DNA from: a virus
DNA: 29,897 nt
Reading direction: 5' to 3' (one strand)
UHGV virus genome: UHGV-1792943
Shown: in pieces, positions 8,686-18,300 of the stretch
How positions within the stretch are numbered: position 1 is the stretch's first letter
Layout: each line of letters starts with the position of its first letter
Notes under the pieces: model-generated
Seen by the model: only the letters and a program-made list of their open reading frames with translations
What the model was told of the DNA's origin: nothing
Database searches by the model: none
Made by a program: the position numbers and the translations under genes

Positions 8686-10371
8686 ATGGCAACGAAAGAC
8701 AAAAACAAAGGCTTTCTGTCGGCATTGAAGAAAGCCTTCAACAGTGGCGATGTCACGCCTGCTGATCCGGTCGTTTTTACAAGCGGTCATAGTGTCGTTG
8801 CGCGTTCTGGTCTGTCTGCTTTACGTCCGGGTATCCTGGGTGGCAATAGCGATGGCATGACAAGCGCGGCAGATACAGTATCAATTTCGGCAGAACTGCC
8901 CGGCGACCGCCTGCAAAAATACAACATACTGGAGACGATGGCGAAAAGTCCGACTATCTCCACAGCATTAAACATTCACATTGCGCATTCTCTGGCTCCA
9001 TCAAAAAAAACAGGCCTCGCATTTATTCTCGCTCCGAAAAATGGGGCAGATAAGGAGGCTGTAAGTCGATGTGAGGAATTGACCGCTGATTTAAGCTCAA
9101 TGATTAATGATGGCCTGCCATCGTGGGCCATGATCATGGCTATTTTCGGTGTGTCGTATATCCGTCCATATGCAGAGCAAGGGAAGGGGATAACTGGAAT
9201 TGAGTCGAGCTATTACACGCTCCCTCATTTCGTTCAGGAGTTTTATCGCGGTAGCCAACTTGTCGGATTCAGCGGTGATTACATTCTGGATACGCATACT
9301 TTGCGCAGAGTTATAACCGAACCATGGAATCTGGTTTCCATGAAAAACCCGTACTGGACGCCTCAGCATAATGTAATGCCAGTAACTTACGGCACTAAAG
9401 GCTATTCCTTGCTTAGTGAACAGCAGGACAAGCCGTTAATGGAGACGCAGAACTACGGTACGTCATTTCTTGAATACAGTTATGAACCCTACCTGAATTT
9501 ATGTGCCGCGCTTGCTGCGCTGAAAGCAACGCGAAACAACGCTGCAAAAATTGATCGCCTGATTGCACTCACAACGAACACGATAGATCCGGTAAATGCG
9601 GCGAATTATACGCGCGGGGTCAGCCAGGCACTGAAGCGTCATAGCGACCTCGTAGCGCAACGGTCGATTAATTCTAATGCTCTCCCATCTGTACTTAACC
9701 ATCTGATACCCGTCATGGGGGATGGGAAGAACGGGATCACCATTGATACGCAATCTATACCCGCAGATATCAGTGGTATCGAAGACGTTATGTTTCATCT
9801 CCGACAGCTCGCGGCAAGCCTCGGTATTGACGCAACAATGCTTGGCTGGGCTGATCAGATGAGTGGTGGACTTGGAGAAGGCGGTTGGCAGCAAACAGCT
9901 ATCCAGGCCGCCTTACGCGCGAACTGGATCAGACAGGCCGCCCAGCGGACTATTTATCGGCTTCATGACATTCACCTCGCTTATAAATACGGGAAGGTTT
10001 ACACCGAAAAAAACCGTCCTTATGACGTGCAATTCAACTCAATGAACACAGCTATCCAGGAAGAGGAAAACCGAGAGCTGGATGCGCGCGCCAACTTCGT
10101 AGCTGTCATCTCGCAAATAATGGACCAGATCCAGAACAACCCGAAACTGGCGGGTAGCGACGCGTTTATGCGTTATCTGTTCACCGAACAGCTTTGTATC
10201 GACGATGACACTCTCAACGTAATGATCAAAGAGTTTAAAGCGAATGAATCAGAGCAAAACAACGAGCATGGTATGTACGAATCCGCGCCGTTGTCGTCCG
10301 GTGACGATCCGGAAAACTGGACGCAAGAACAATTAATCAACTTTGCAAAATTTGTGATGAGCAATAATTAA
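8686..10371 (+). CDS. putative portal / head structural protein (561 aa)
   Basis: Size and position immediately upstream of a protease/scaffold-like gene; no decisive motif seen. Confidence 0.4.
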   Translation: MATKDKNKGFLSALKKAFNSGDVTPADPVVFTSGHSVVARSGLSALRPGILGGNSDGMTSAADTVSISAELPGDRLQKYNILETMAKSPTISTALNIHIAHSLAPSKKTGLAFILAPKNGADKEAVSRCEELTADLSSMINDGLPSWAMIMAIFGVSYIRPYAEQGKGITGIESSYYTLPHFVQEFYRGSQLVGFSGDYILDTHTLRRVITEPWNLVSMKNPYWTPQHNVMPVTYGTKGYSLLSEQQDKPLMETQNYGTSFLEYSYEPYLNLCAALAALKATRNNAAKIDRLIALTTNTIDPVNAANYTRGVSQALKRHSDLVAQRSINSNALPSVLNHLIPVMGDGKNGITIDTQSIPADISGIEDVMFHLRQLAASLGIDATMLGWADQMSGGLGEGGWQQTAIQAALRANWIRQAAQRTIYRLHDIHLAYKYGKVYTEKNRPYDVQFNSMNTAIQEEENRELDARANFVAVISQIMDQIQNNPKLAGSDAFMRYLFTEQLCIDDDTLNVMIKEFKANESEQNNEHGMYESAPLSSGDDPENWTQEQLINFAKFVMSNN

Positions 10372-10384
10372 CCGGAGGGAAATA

Positions 10385-11383
10385 ATGCAATCACTGAATA
10401 CCGTTACGGATCGCTTCTCCCTGGTAGAGAAAATCCGCAAACACACACCTCAGAACAATCGCAATTACGTTATCCAGTCGGTACGAGACACATTCAACTC
10501 GCCAGAAACAAAAGAGCGTATCGCACTGGGTGAGATGTATGGTTATTACGGTCATGGTCGCCGGGCGATGCACTATAACAAAACGAAAAGCCTGGACTTG
10601 CCGGAAGTCTCTGTTGTGATGGTAGATGGGAAGCCTGTTGTATTGGAGAACGTGCCGTCAAACAGGACTATCGACATTTCAATTGACGACAACGGCATTG
10701 TTACCCATACACAGGAAATACTGGATACGGACACCGGACGTATTGTTCAGGGTATGATTAATTCTGGCGCAGGTGGTTGGTCATGGGCTACATCTGGTCC
10801 AGATTACTCTGTATCCCTGGTAAAGTCTTTTCACGGTTTTGATTACGTAACTGTGCCTAACTATATCAGCCTCGACAAGAAAAGCCTGATGCTTGAATCA
10901 GCAGAAGAACGCGACGCGGCGATTCATGCGGCACTTATCGAACAAGGTTTTACCGATAATGCTGCTACGGATCTGGTTCACCACTTTTCAGCAATGAAGA
11001 GTCAGCAAGCCATATTCGAATCAGCACAACGTGAAGTTCTGGAGTCGGAACTGATACATCTTGAAGTGGAAAATATGCAGCTTCGCGACAAACTACGCGA
11101 CCAGGCCGCGATGATGGAAAGCCAGGGGGAGAACGCGAAGAAATGCCGCCGTATTTTGCGTGATGCTATCCAGGAAATGCCTGTTTTTATCAGCGCAGAA
11201 CAGCGCCGGGCGCTCTGCCGTATGCAGTCAGAGGATGATGCACGCATTGTCGCAGCGATGCTTGAATCCCTGGGGGCTAATGCCACTTATGGTCTGCCAA
11301 TATCAGCCAATAAACAACAAGAAATACCGGTGAAAGAGAACAAGACGGTGACTCCGCTGATCTTTGTGTCTAAGAGGATGTGA
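10385..11383 (+). CDS. putative head maturation protease or scaffold protein (332 aa)
   Basis: SD GGAGGG; coiled-coil C-terminal half; position after the portal-like gene. Confidence 0.35.
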   Translation: MQSLNTVTDRFSLVEKIRKHTPQNNRNYVIQSVRDTFNSPETKERIALGEMYGYYGHGRRAMHYNKTKSLDLPEVSVVMVDGKPVVLENVPSNRTIDISIDDNGIVTHTQEILDTDTGRIVQGMINSGAGGWSWATSGPDYSVSLVKSFHGFDYVTVPNYISLDKKSLMLESAEERDAAIHAALIEQGFTDNAATDLVHHFSAMKSQQAIFESAQREVLESELIHLEVENMQLRDKLRDQAAMMESQGENAKKCRRILRDAIQEMPVFISAEQRRALCRMQSEDDARIVAAMLESLGANATYGLPISANKQQEIPVKENKTVTPLIFVSKRM

Positions 11384-11400
11384 GCTAAAAGCTAGCTTAA

Positions 11401-11410
11401 TTTTCTAACA
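11401..11410. promoter_or_regulatory. operator-like site (TTTTCTAACA, minus-orientation copy of TGTTAGAAAA)
   Basis: Member of a dispersed motif family with eight sites; about 170 nt upstream of the 11583 gene. Confidence 0.4.
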
Positions 11411-11497
11411 CAGTGTGTTTTTATACACTGTTGATCCGACGGCACGTGATCGAGTAGGATCGCGGTCACTGCTCCGGTAGCGACTGCCAAAAAAAGC

Positions 11498-11523
11498 AAA
11501 AGCCGCTGAGTAGCGGCTTTTGG
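11498..11523 (+). terminator. rho-independent terminator
   Basis: aagccgct-gagt-agcggctt followed by TTTT. Confidence 0.7.
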
Positions 11524-11582
11524 GTGTATAAATCCACTGGCATAGATTTATACGGTAGATAGATTTTTCACGGAACTATCTG

Positions 11583-12545
11583 GTGAGTATTTTAAATTCA
11601 GTTTCAGTTACTTTCAACACTTCTGAGTATAAAAACAACACTGAATACCACAAAAAAATCAAAGGTCATCAGTTGAGTTTTTTTGCTCGTCATAGCGGTT
11701 TTCTTTCCCCTTCACATAGCGCCATTATTGCCGAGTTCGCCAACCTGGCAGGAGCTACCGATGAATACATGATCCGTCGCTCATATGCGGATATGTCCGA
11801 GATTACAGGACGCAGTATTTCTACTGTGCGCCGGGCATTTGCCGAAGCGACGAAGTGCGGAATGCTTGTTAAGCAGCATCAGGTAGCGAATAACAATGCT
11901 CAGGTGTGTAACGTGTACCGGTTTACAACACAATTTCTCCACTTCATTCATGTAGCAATGGAGATAGGGAGTAAGCAGGGCATCAAATTTGCCAACGCCA
12001 CAAAACTGGTTAAGCAGTTGATTTCAAAGGTTCGTTATTTTTTTGAAACTGGGAACCCCCTGTTCAAATTGAACAAGTCCCCCCATGTTCAAAATGAACA
12101 GCCAATAGAAAATAAGAGTCACTCTATAGCCAAAAGAAGAGAAAGATCATGCGCGGTTCAGCCAAAGGCTTCACCAGCAGATAGTTCTCAAGCGGATAAT
12201 GGGGGGCTGGATAAAAAACCAGTAACCAGGGAAGAACATACCAACCACTGCCTGGCGGCGGCAAAAGCGAGAGCTGCAAAGCGTCGTTCAGATGAGGGGC
12301 ACGCAAAACGGCAGGCTCTGTATCGTACCGCTGAAAAGCTGGCAAAAAAATTTGCATGGATACGTAGTGCCGCTACAGCAGTGAATAAGCCTAAACAATC
12401 CAGTGCCCTGGATTTCTCAATGGATTATTCTGGCTCCCAGGGGTGTGCAACCATTGGTGAAGCCTTTGACCTGATGAAACAGCGTGGCTATCGGTCTGAA
12501 TTTGACCGGGAAGACTGGTCAATTCCGGAGGGCTTTCGGGGATGA
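11583..12545 (+). CDS. putative DNA-binding protein, possibly a replication initiator (RepL-like by context)
   Basis: GTG start, exact start uncertain. HTH-like segment MSEITGRSISTVRRAFAEA; basic C-terminal region; two 15-bp palindromes lie inside the coding sequence. Confidence 0.4.
   Translation: MSILNSVSVTFNTSEYKNNTEYHKKIKGHQLSFFARHSGFLSPSHSAIIAEFANLAGATDEYMIRRSYADMSEITGRSISTVRRAFAEATKCGMLVKQHQVANNNAQVCNVYRFTTQFLHFIHVAMEIGSKQGIKFANATKLVKQLISKVRYFFETGNPLFKLNKSPHVQNEQPIENKSHSIAKRRERSCAVQPKASPADSSQADNGGLDKKPVTREEHTNHCLAAAKARAAKRRSDEGHAKRQALYRTAEKLAKKFAWIRSAATAVNKPKQSSALDFSMDYSGSQGCATIGEAFDLMKQRGYRSEFDREDWSIPEGFRG
12061..12101. repeat. two near-identical 15-bp palindromes (TGTTCAAATTGAACA and TGTTCAAAATGAACA), each preceded by a C5-7 tract, inside the 11583-12545 CDS
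   Basis: Read directly at 12061-12075 and 12087-12101. Confidence 0.8.
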
Positions 12546-12602
12546 TGTTGCGATTGACTGTACAATAACCGTGCGGCGGGAATTTCATCGCTCGAAAATG
12601 TA

Positions 12603-12631
12603 TGTTAGAAAATTAAATTGATGTTTCTAAT
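12603..12631. promoter_or_regulatory. operator-like inverted pair (TGTTAGAAAA, 11 nt, TTTCTAAT)
   Basis: Upstream of the immI-like module. Confidence 0.45.
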
Positions 12632-12684
12632 CAAGAATGTATGATTTATATCGTCACTAAAAAACAGCATCTGATAAAAATTCT

Positions 12685-12698
12685 GTTGATCTTTCTAA
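12685..12698. promoter_or_regulatory. operator-like half site (TTGATCTTTCTAAT)
   Basis: Shares the TTGAT-N-TTTCTAAT core with the 12618-12631 half site. Confidence 0.4.
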
Positions 12699-12839
12699 TG
12701 TTCAGGCTTATATTCATGCCGTCGTAGCAAATTCTGCGACCGGGTTTAGCAGCCTGAATGTTAGTGCGGACAACCGCAGATATCCGATATTGCGGTATTT
12801 TTGTGTCCGTAAAACCGCGTTACGCCCAAATTATGGTGG

Positions 12840-12912
12840 GGCGTGATGGGGAGGCTTCGGCCTGCTGGTTTCACTAACGCCAGTCTGCTAACCCCGTCAC
12901 GTCCTGCCACCT
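12840..12912 (+). ncRNA. c4-like antisense regulatory RNA (boundaries approximate)
   Basis: Loops CACTAAC (12872-12878) and CTGCTAAC (12885-12892) are antiparallel complements of GTTTAGCAG and GTTAGTG. Those targets occur at 12746-12768 and again at 12913-12950, where GTTAGTG overlaps the SD of the downstream ORF. A UUCG tetraloop hairpin is present. Confidence 0.5.
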
Positions 12913-12961
12913 GTTTAGCAGCGGGTAGCAGGTTGTTAAACCTGTTAGTGAGGCCGTAACT

Positions 12962-13186
12962 ATGGTTAATGCCAATCCTTGCTCACGTCCAGAATTCATC
13001 TGGCGTTTTCACTCCCTGCAAAAACACTGCGATCACTTCGCAATTGCCGCAACTGAAAAAGAAGCCCGTTCTCTGATCCCTGATCAGTATGGCGTTCTCA
13101 CTGGTCGTTTCTCTACTTCCCCACAACCAAACACCAATCCCTGGTATCGCAATATTACCAATCCCGGCATTGCGGAGGCTCACTGA
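12962..13186 (+). CDS. icd: Icd-like small ORF translationally coupled to the antirepressor gene
   Basis: 74 aa; its SD is masked by the target repeat of the c4-like RNA; stop overlaps the ant start (TGATG). Architecture as in P1 immI. Confidence 0.5.
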   Translation: MVNANPCSRPEFIWRFHSLQKHCDHFAIAATEKEARSLIPDQYGVLTGRFSTSPQPNTNPWYRNITNPGIAEAH

Positions 13187-13893
13187 TGGATATCTGCATT
13201 CTCGAAAAGCCATCAATGACCAGCATTGAGATCGCGGAGCTGGTGGGAAAACGTCATGACAATGTGAAACGCACTATTGAGACATTAGACAAAGGTGGCG
13301 TTATTGTTCGTCCTCAAATTGAGGTTTTCGAAAAAATCAATAACTTAGGACTACGACGTAGTGTTGAGGCTTACGTCTTCGAAGGCGAGCAAAGCAAGCG
13401 CGATAGCATTATCGTCGTCGCGCAGCTCTCTCCCGAATTCACCGCCCGGCTGGTGGACCGCTGGCGCGAACTGGAAGAACAAGTACGCCAGCCGTTGACC
13501 GAAATAGAGATGATCGCTGCAATGGCTGCAAATGCAGTTCAGCAGCAAAAGCGGCTTCATGTTGTTGAGTCAAAGGTTAGCCAGGTTGCTGAAACCGTCG
13601 AGCAGATCAAGAAGGGCAACATGCCAGAAGGTTACATTGGCTATCGCCAGTTAGCGGCGAAATGTGGCCTGACTGAAGCCAAATGCCGTAACCTGGTCAA
13701 CGCTTACCGGATTCCCACAGATACGCATGAGTTTTTGACGCCAGAGGGGGTATTGTCGCGTCGTACTATTGTGGCCTTATCTCCCTTCATGAATGCCTTT
13801 ACCCTGATGATGTCGGAGGCTGAACACCGAGGAAAACGCTGGTATCACCCAAGGATGGGACAATTCCAGGTGATCGGTTGGGGAGGCGAGTGA
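13186..13893 (+). CDS. ant: antirepressor (Rha / Ant family)
   Basis: N-terminal SIEIAELVGKRHDNVKRTIETL is typical of Rha/antirepressor N-domains; SD GGAGG. Confidence 0.65.
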   Translation: MDICILEKPSMTSIEIAELVGKRHDNVKRTIETLDKGGVIVRPQIEVFEKINNLGLRRSVEAYVFEGEQSKRDSIIVVAQLSPEFTARLVDRWRELEEQVRQPLTEIEMIAAMAANAVQQQKRLHVVESKVSQVAETVEQIKKGNMPEGYIGYRQLAAKCGLTEAKCRNLVNAYRIPTDTHEFLTPEGVLSRRTIVALSPFMNAFTLMMSEAEHRGKRWYHPRMGQFQVIGWGGE

Positions 13894-14090
13894 TGGACAT
13901 CATGCAGGCGGTAAAAAAAATCAGGGAAGGACAGGCTGAAGTGTGCCGCCGTAAAGCATGGAGTGTTGGTATATGGATCTGGCCTGATAATTGCTCTACT
14001 ACCGGATGGTTTTGTATTAATGGATGCCAGATCCGGGAAGTCGATTTATCGACGGCGGATGCAGTCGGTAATGATTGGATCGTAACTTGA
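13893..14090 (+). CDS. small DUF2829 (Tad2)-like protein, 65 aa
   Basis: TGATG coupling to ant; SD GGGGAGG. Carries G-x3-V-x-RR-x2-W near the N-terminus and NDWIV at the C-terminus, shared with two other ORFs in the window. Confidence 0.45.
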   Translation: MDIMQAVKKIREGQAEVCRRKAWSVGIWIWPDNCSTTGWFCINGCQIREVDLSTADAVGNDWIVT

Positions 14091-14098
14091 AGTGTGAT

Positions 14099-14123
14099 GC
14101 CCCGGCCTGGCCGGGGCTTTTTC
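14099..14123 (+). terminator. rho-independent terminator
   Basis: gccccgg-cctgg-ccggggc followed by TTTTT. Confidence 0.75.
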
Positions 14124-14613
14124 ATGCCTCATTAGTTGAGGTTGCTGCGTCGCCGACAGGTAACAGAGCTGTATTGCGTGGTTCGCCAGCAGGCCAGCGA
14201 TAGCCAGACACTCTTGATGTTGGGAATGCGCGAATATTAACAGCATCCCCCTGGTTCCCACCCAAGACAAGCAGATCGCCATTGGCGCGGCGTCCGACAA
14301 CAAAGCCTACATGCCCACCGCCTGCGCGAGTAAATACAACGATACATCCGTATGCCGGTGTATCTAATTTCTCGCCCCAATCCAGATAGGATTTTGCCGA
14401 CTCAAATCTTGTTGAGCGGATGCCTACACGTTCCAGCATTGCACCGACAAATGCTGCGCACCACGGCGTTTCATCGTCTTTAATTCCACCGCGCTTAATA
14501 TCCCGCCAGAACTGGACGATCTCAGGATTGTGTTTCGCTCCTTTTATTTCGGTGACTCCAATATTTTTACGGGCTTCAATAAGCCAGCGAGGTTCATTAT
14601 TGATCATAATCAT
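14122..14613 (-). CDS. CHAP / NlpC-P60-like peptidoglycan hydrolase (TIGR02594-like)
   Basis: Candidate catalytic Cys in PWCAAFVGAM and His in GGGHVGFVVG. The true start may be the third codon (14607), which has better SD spacing. Confidence 0.55.
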   Translation of the reverse strand: MIMINNEPRWLIEARKNIGVTEIKGAKHNPEIVQFWRDIKRGGIKDDETPWCAAFVGAMLERVGIRSTRFESAKSYLDWGEKLDTPAYGCIVVFTRAGGGHVGFVVGRRANGDLLVLGGNQGDAVNIRAFPTSRVSGYRWPAGEPRNTALLPVGDAATSTNEA

Positions 14614-14744
14614 GCTCCGAATGAAAAAAGAGCAATAACTATGTTGAGAATGTGATTTCTATTACACCAAACATTATTAAACGGCATTCATCTTTAACTT
14701 TATTCAATGTATTATCTAACAGAAAAGTTAAGTTGCGCTAAGTT

Positions 14745-14756
14745 AATGATAACACT
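14745..14756 (+). promoter_or_regulatory. late-promoter-like conserved element (AATGATAACACT)
   Basis: Sits 44 nt upstream of the ATG at 14801. Confidence 0.3.
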
Positions 14757-14800
14757 GGTTATTATTGGTTTGCGTTATTTATTTGAGAAAAGAGAAAGTT

Positions 14801-15298
14801 ATGAAAAAAGCAATATTAGCGACTATTGTTTGTGCATTTGCATTATCAGGATGCGCTCCGGTTCAGACATACAACAAGCCTCAGCAAGTAAAACAGTTTG
14901 TTAAACGCCCAGCATTCCCTGTAGAGGAATATCAGGCATTGCCGAAAAAAGGCACAGGTAAGGTTAAGGGGGAATTATTTGGAGTAACTCGCGGAGGGGA
15001 TGTGAAGATTGGTGCTGGCTCCAATATCATACTGCGTCCGTATACTTCATATATCAAAAATACCCCCAAAATTGATTACGACACTCAGACCTTAGAAATA
15101 ATCGACGGCAGGGTTGCGGAATATGACAGAACTGTCCTGACTGATGCTCAAGGCAAATTTGAGTTCGAAAACGTACCACCAGGCCAGTATGAAGTGATTG
15201 GTTCGTTCAGTTGGTATGCTGGAAATTTCCCGCAAATCGTTCTTCTGAACAAAATCATTACCGTTAAGAACGGTGATGTTATCCAGGTTCAACCATGA
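14801..15298 (+). CDS. lipoprotein with a carboxypeptidase-regulatory-like beta-sandwich motif
   Basis: Signal peptide with lipobox LSGC; TDAQGKFEFENVPPGQYEV motif. Start taken at the internal ATG of the track ORF. Confidence 0.65.
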   Translation: MKKAILATIVCAFALSGCAPVQTYNKPQQVKQFVKRPAFPVEEYQALPKKGTGKVKGELFGVTRGGDVKIGAGSNIILRPYTSYIKNTPKIDYDTQTLEIIDGRVAEYDRTVLTDAQGKFEFENVPPGQYEVIGSFSWYAGNFPQIVLLNKIITVKNGDVIQVQP

Positions 15299-15338
15299 TC
15301 CCCTTTTGAGTAAGAACCTTCGGGGTGTGATTCTGCGA

Positions 15339-15350
15339 AATTAACACACT
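15339..15350 (+). promoter_or_regulatory. late-promoter-like conserved element (AATTAACACACT)
   Basis: Sits 44 nt upstream of the start at 15395. Confidence 0.35.
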
Positions 15351-15394
15351 CCATACCCTCTCAAACCGTACCGCTTAAGGCGGATTTAACGGTT

Positions 15395-18300
15395 TTGAGG
15401 GGGCTTCCTTTGGACAAAATAATTGATTCAATTAGCCAGGCCACCAGCATTGGGGCGCTGATTGAAATTGTTAGTCGGTTGCATAAACCGCGAGCTGTAG
15501 TGACCTTTGGCGTTAAGAAAGTCGATGGCGTCAGTATTCAGAAAACACGCCGGGCAGCAAACAACGCCGCAGTAAATCTTCTTAATTCCCTTCCGCCTGG
15601 CTTCGATGGGGCGAAATTAACTGACGAACAGCGCCAGATTCTTGCCGGGTATACCGGTGAAGGCGGCCTGACAGATGGTGAGGGCAGCCAATACGAATAC
15701 TATACGCCACAGTTTATGGCAGAAGGTATATGGGATCTCTTCGGCGACTACGGTATTGATAGCGGTCACGTACTGGAACCGTCAGCAGGCACAGGTATTT
15801 TCCAGGAGACAAAACGGCAGGGCATGATAATGACCAGCGCCGAACTGTCTCCGATCTCCGGTCGAATAAACCAGCTTTTGCACCCGGAAGATGATGTGAA
15901 TATCGGGGCGTTTGAGGCGCTGGCGGCGAAAGATGCAATGTATGACCACGCAGTTGGTAACGTACCGTTTGGCGAAGGGCGTTCCGGCGTCGCCGGGCTT
16001 GATCCGGCATATGCAAACGAGAAGAACGTTGGCAATTATTTTGTGCTGCGCACGATCGACAAGGTTAAGCCTGGTGGACTAATTGTATTGGTGGTGCCGA
16101 ATGGCATGACCGATGGTACGAAATACAAAAAATTGCGCGATAAAGTCAGCCGTAAAGCGGAATTTTTGGGCGCGCATCGTATGCCTTCTGGTACGTTCAG
16201 CGAATCCGGTACAGATACCGTGGTGGACGTATGGGTATTGCGTAAACACCCGGAAACCTTCCTGGAGATGATCCCCGACACGGATGATGCAACGCTCAAA
16301 TCGGCAAACGTCCTTTGGGATACCTTCCTCAAAGGGAAATGGTTTACAACCGAAGGGAAGCGATTTGTTTACGGCGACATGGAACGCACCAGCTTCCGCA
16401 ATACCCTGGTGGTGAAAAAGGACGGTCGTGTATCCAATGAGTCGATGAAAACCGCGTTATCACGCCGCTTTGAAAGCCGTATTAATTGGGATTTGCTCGG
16501 AGTAACTACCCAGGCATGGCAGGGCGCAAAAGTAGGGGATAAGCGTCTTGTAGGCGGTATCTGGCATGAGTTTGATGGCCTGAAATGGGTTAAGGACACG
16601 ACAACCAAATCCTCCGCGCTTGATGTAAGTCGATATGGTGTTTCGACGTTTGGCGATCTGCAGATCGCGTTCCAGTCAACAAACGGGATTCTGGCTTTGT
16701 CATGGGACCAGATATCGGCGATCGCGTCCGACTATCCATCGGTTGTCAGTGATGAAGTGGCAGCAATGATTCGCTTTGCTGGCAAACAGCGAGAAAAAGA
16801 CAGGGAGCGCGTTATGCGCGGTGCGTTGATAGGGCAGTTGATCAACAAGGCACTTGATTTGCGTAACCTGGGGGTGAACGTTGATGACAAACTGGCAGAT
16901 GCATCCCGCCTGGCGGCAGCAGAAGTTGCGAAGTATGGACCACCGCACGCGATTAAGCTGAATGGGCTTGCTGAAGCTGGCGCTAAAAACTGGATGACGT
17001 TCACTGGCAATGTGAAACAGGATGGTTCCACTTCTGACCTTCTGGCAGGGCGACTTGATGTAACGGATGGTGCTGCCGGTATTGACTTTACACGTCCGGA
17101 ACAAGTGATAGCACATCTTTTCAGTGATGTAGCCCTTAATCCTATAACGCTGGGCGACTTTCGTGAGGCGTTTGCTGGTGAACTGCCAGAGGACGACGAC
17201 GCGGCCCTTGAATACCTGGCGAAATTTGATGATATCGCTATTGATGGGTATGGCTGCCTGCTACCGATGGACCGCGCCACCAGCGGCGATATTGTAACCA
17301 AAACAGCATTGCTGGTGGGCTGGCGTGATGCATCAACAGGTGAGCAGAAAGCGAACTTTGAGCGTCAGTTGGCGAAAATCGAAGAGAAACGCATTTTCAC
17401 GCCACTAAATAAAGTCACCGTTAATCTGAACGCCCGCTGGCTGGATCGCCGCTTGATAAAAGAGTTCCTGGCAGAGCAGGGCTATGACGAGTTTAAGTAC
17501 ACAGAACCTGATCTGAAGATCGTCGATGGCATTCTGGTATCTCCGGACGATTACGAAGGTAAGGACGGGGTATTTACCGGCTATCAGCTACGAACCGTAA
17601 ACGGCAAAAACGGGAATGAGTTCAAGAAGGCCAACAATAAAGACGGCTTCCTGAACCAGTTAGAAAACTACCTGAACGGTGTTAAACCGCGTGGGCAGAA
17701 CGCTAACGAGTACCTGGATAAAATTGCTCAACTGGAAGTTAGCTTTAACGACTGGTTACGCACCCACCCGCAGGCGGATCAGATAGCCCGTGACTATAAC
17801 GACGCATTCAATGGCTTCATTCCGTTCACGCACTCTAACGCACCGCTTGGCCTGGAAGGGATTAGTGGAAAGCGCATTCCTCTGACTTATCAGAATGAAG
17901 AAGTTCGTCGCTTGTCAGAAGATGGGCGCGGCATCATGGGATTTGGTACCGGGCTGGGTAAAACCACGACCGCGCTTGCGCTTGAGGCGTATAACTTCGA
18001 AACAGGTCGTACTAAACGCACGTGTATTGTTGTTCCGAAGGCGGTTTATCAGAACTGGTATCACGAGGCACAGAGCTTCTACAGTGCTGATGCCTTCGCC
18101 AATATGATGTTTATCGGTCTGGATGAAGTTCGTGATGACAGCGGAAATATTCTGACCGCTCCGGTGCTTGATGAAAATGGCGAACCCCGCCTCGACAGTA
18201 ACGGGCAGCCTCTTACCAGAAATGTTGTGAAAGAGTCCGCCAGCGCCGTTATCGTTCAGCGCATGAACATGATCCCGTCGTCAAATTGGCGAACGGTCAT

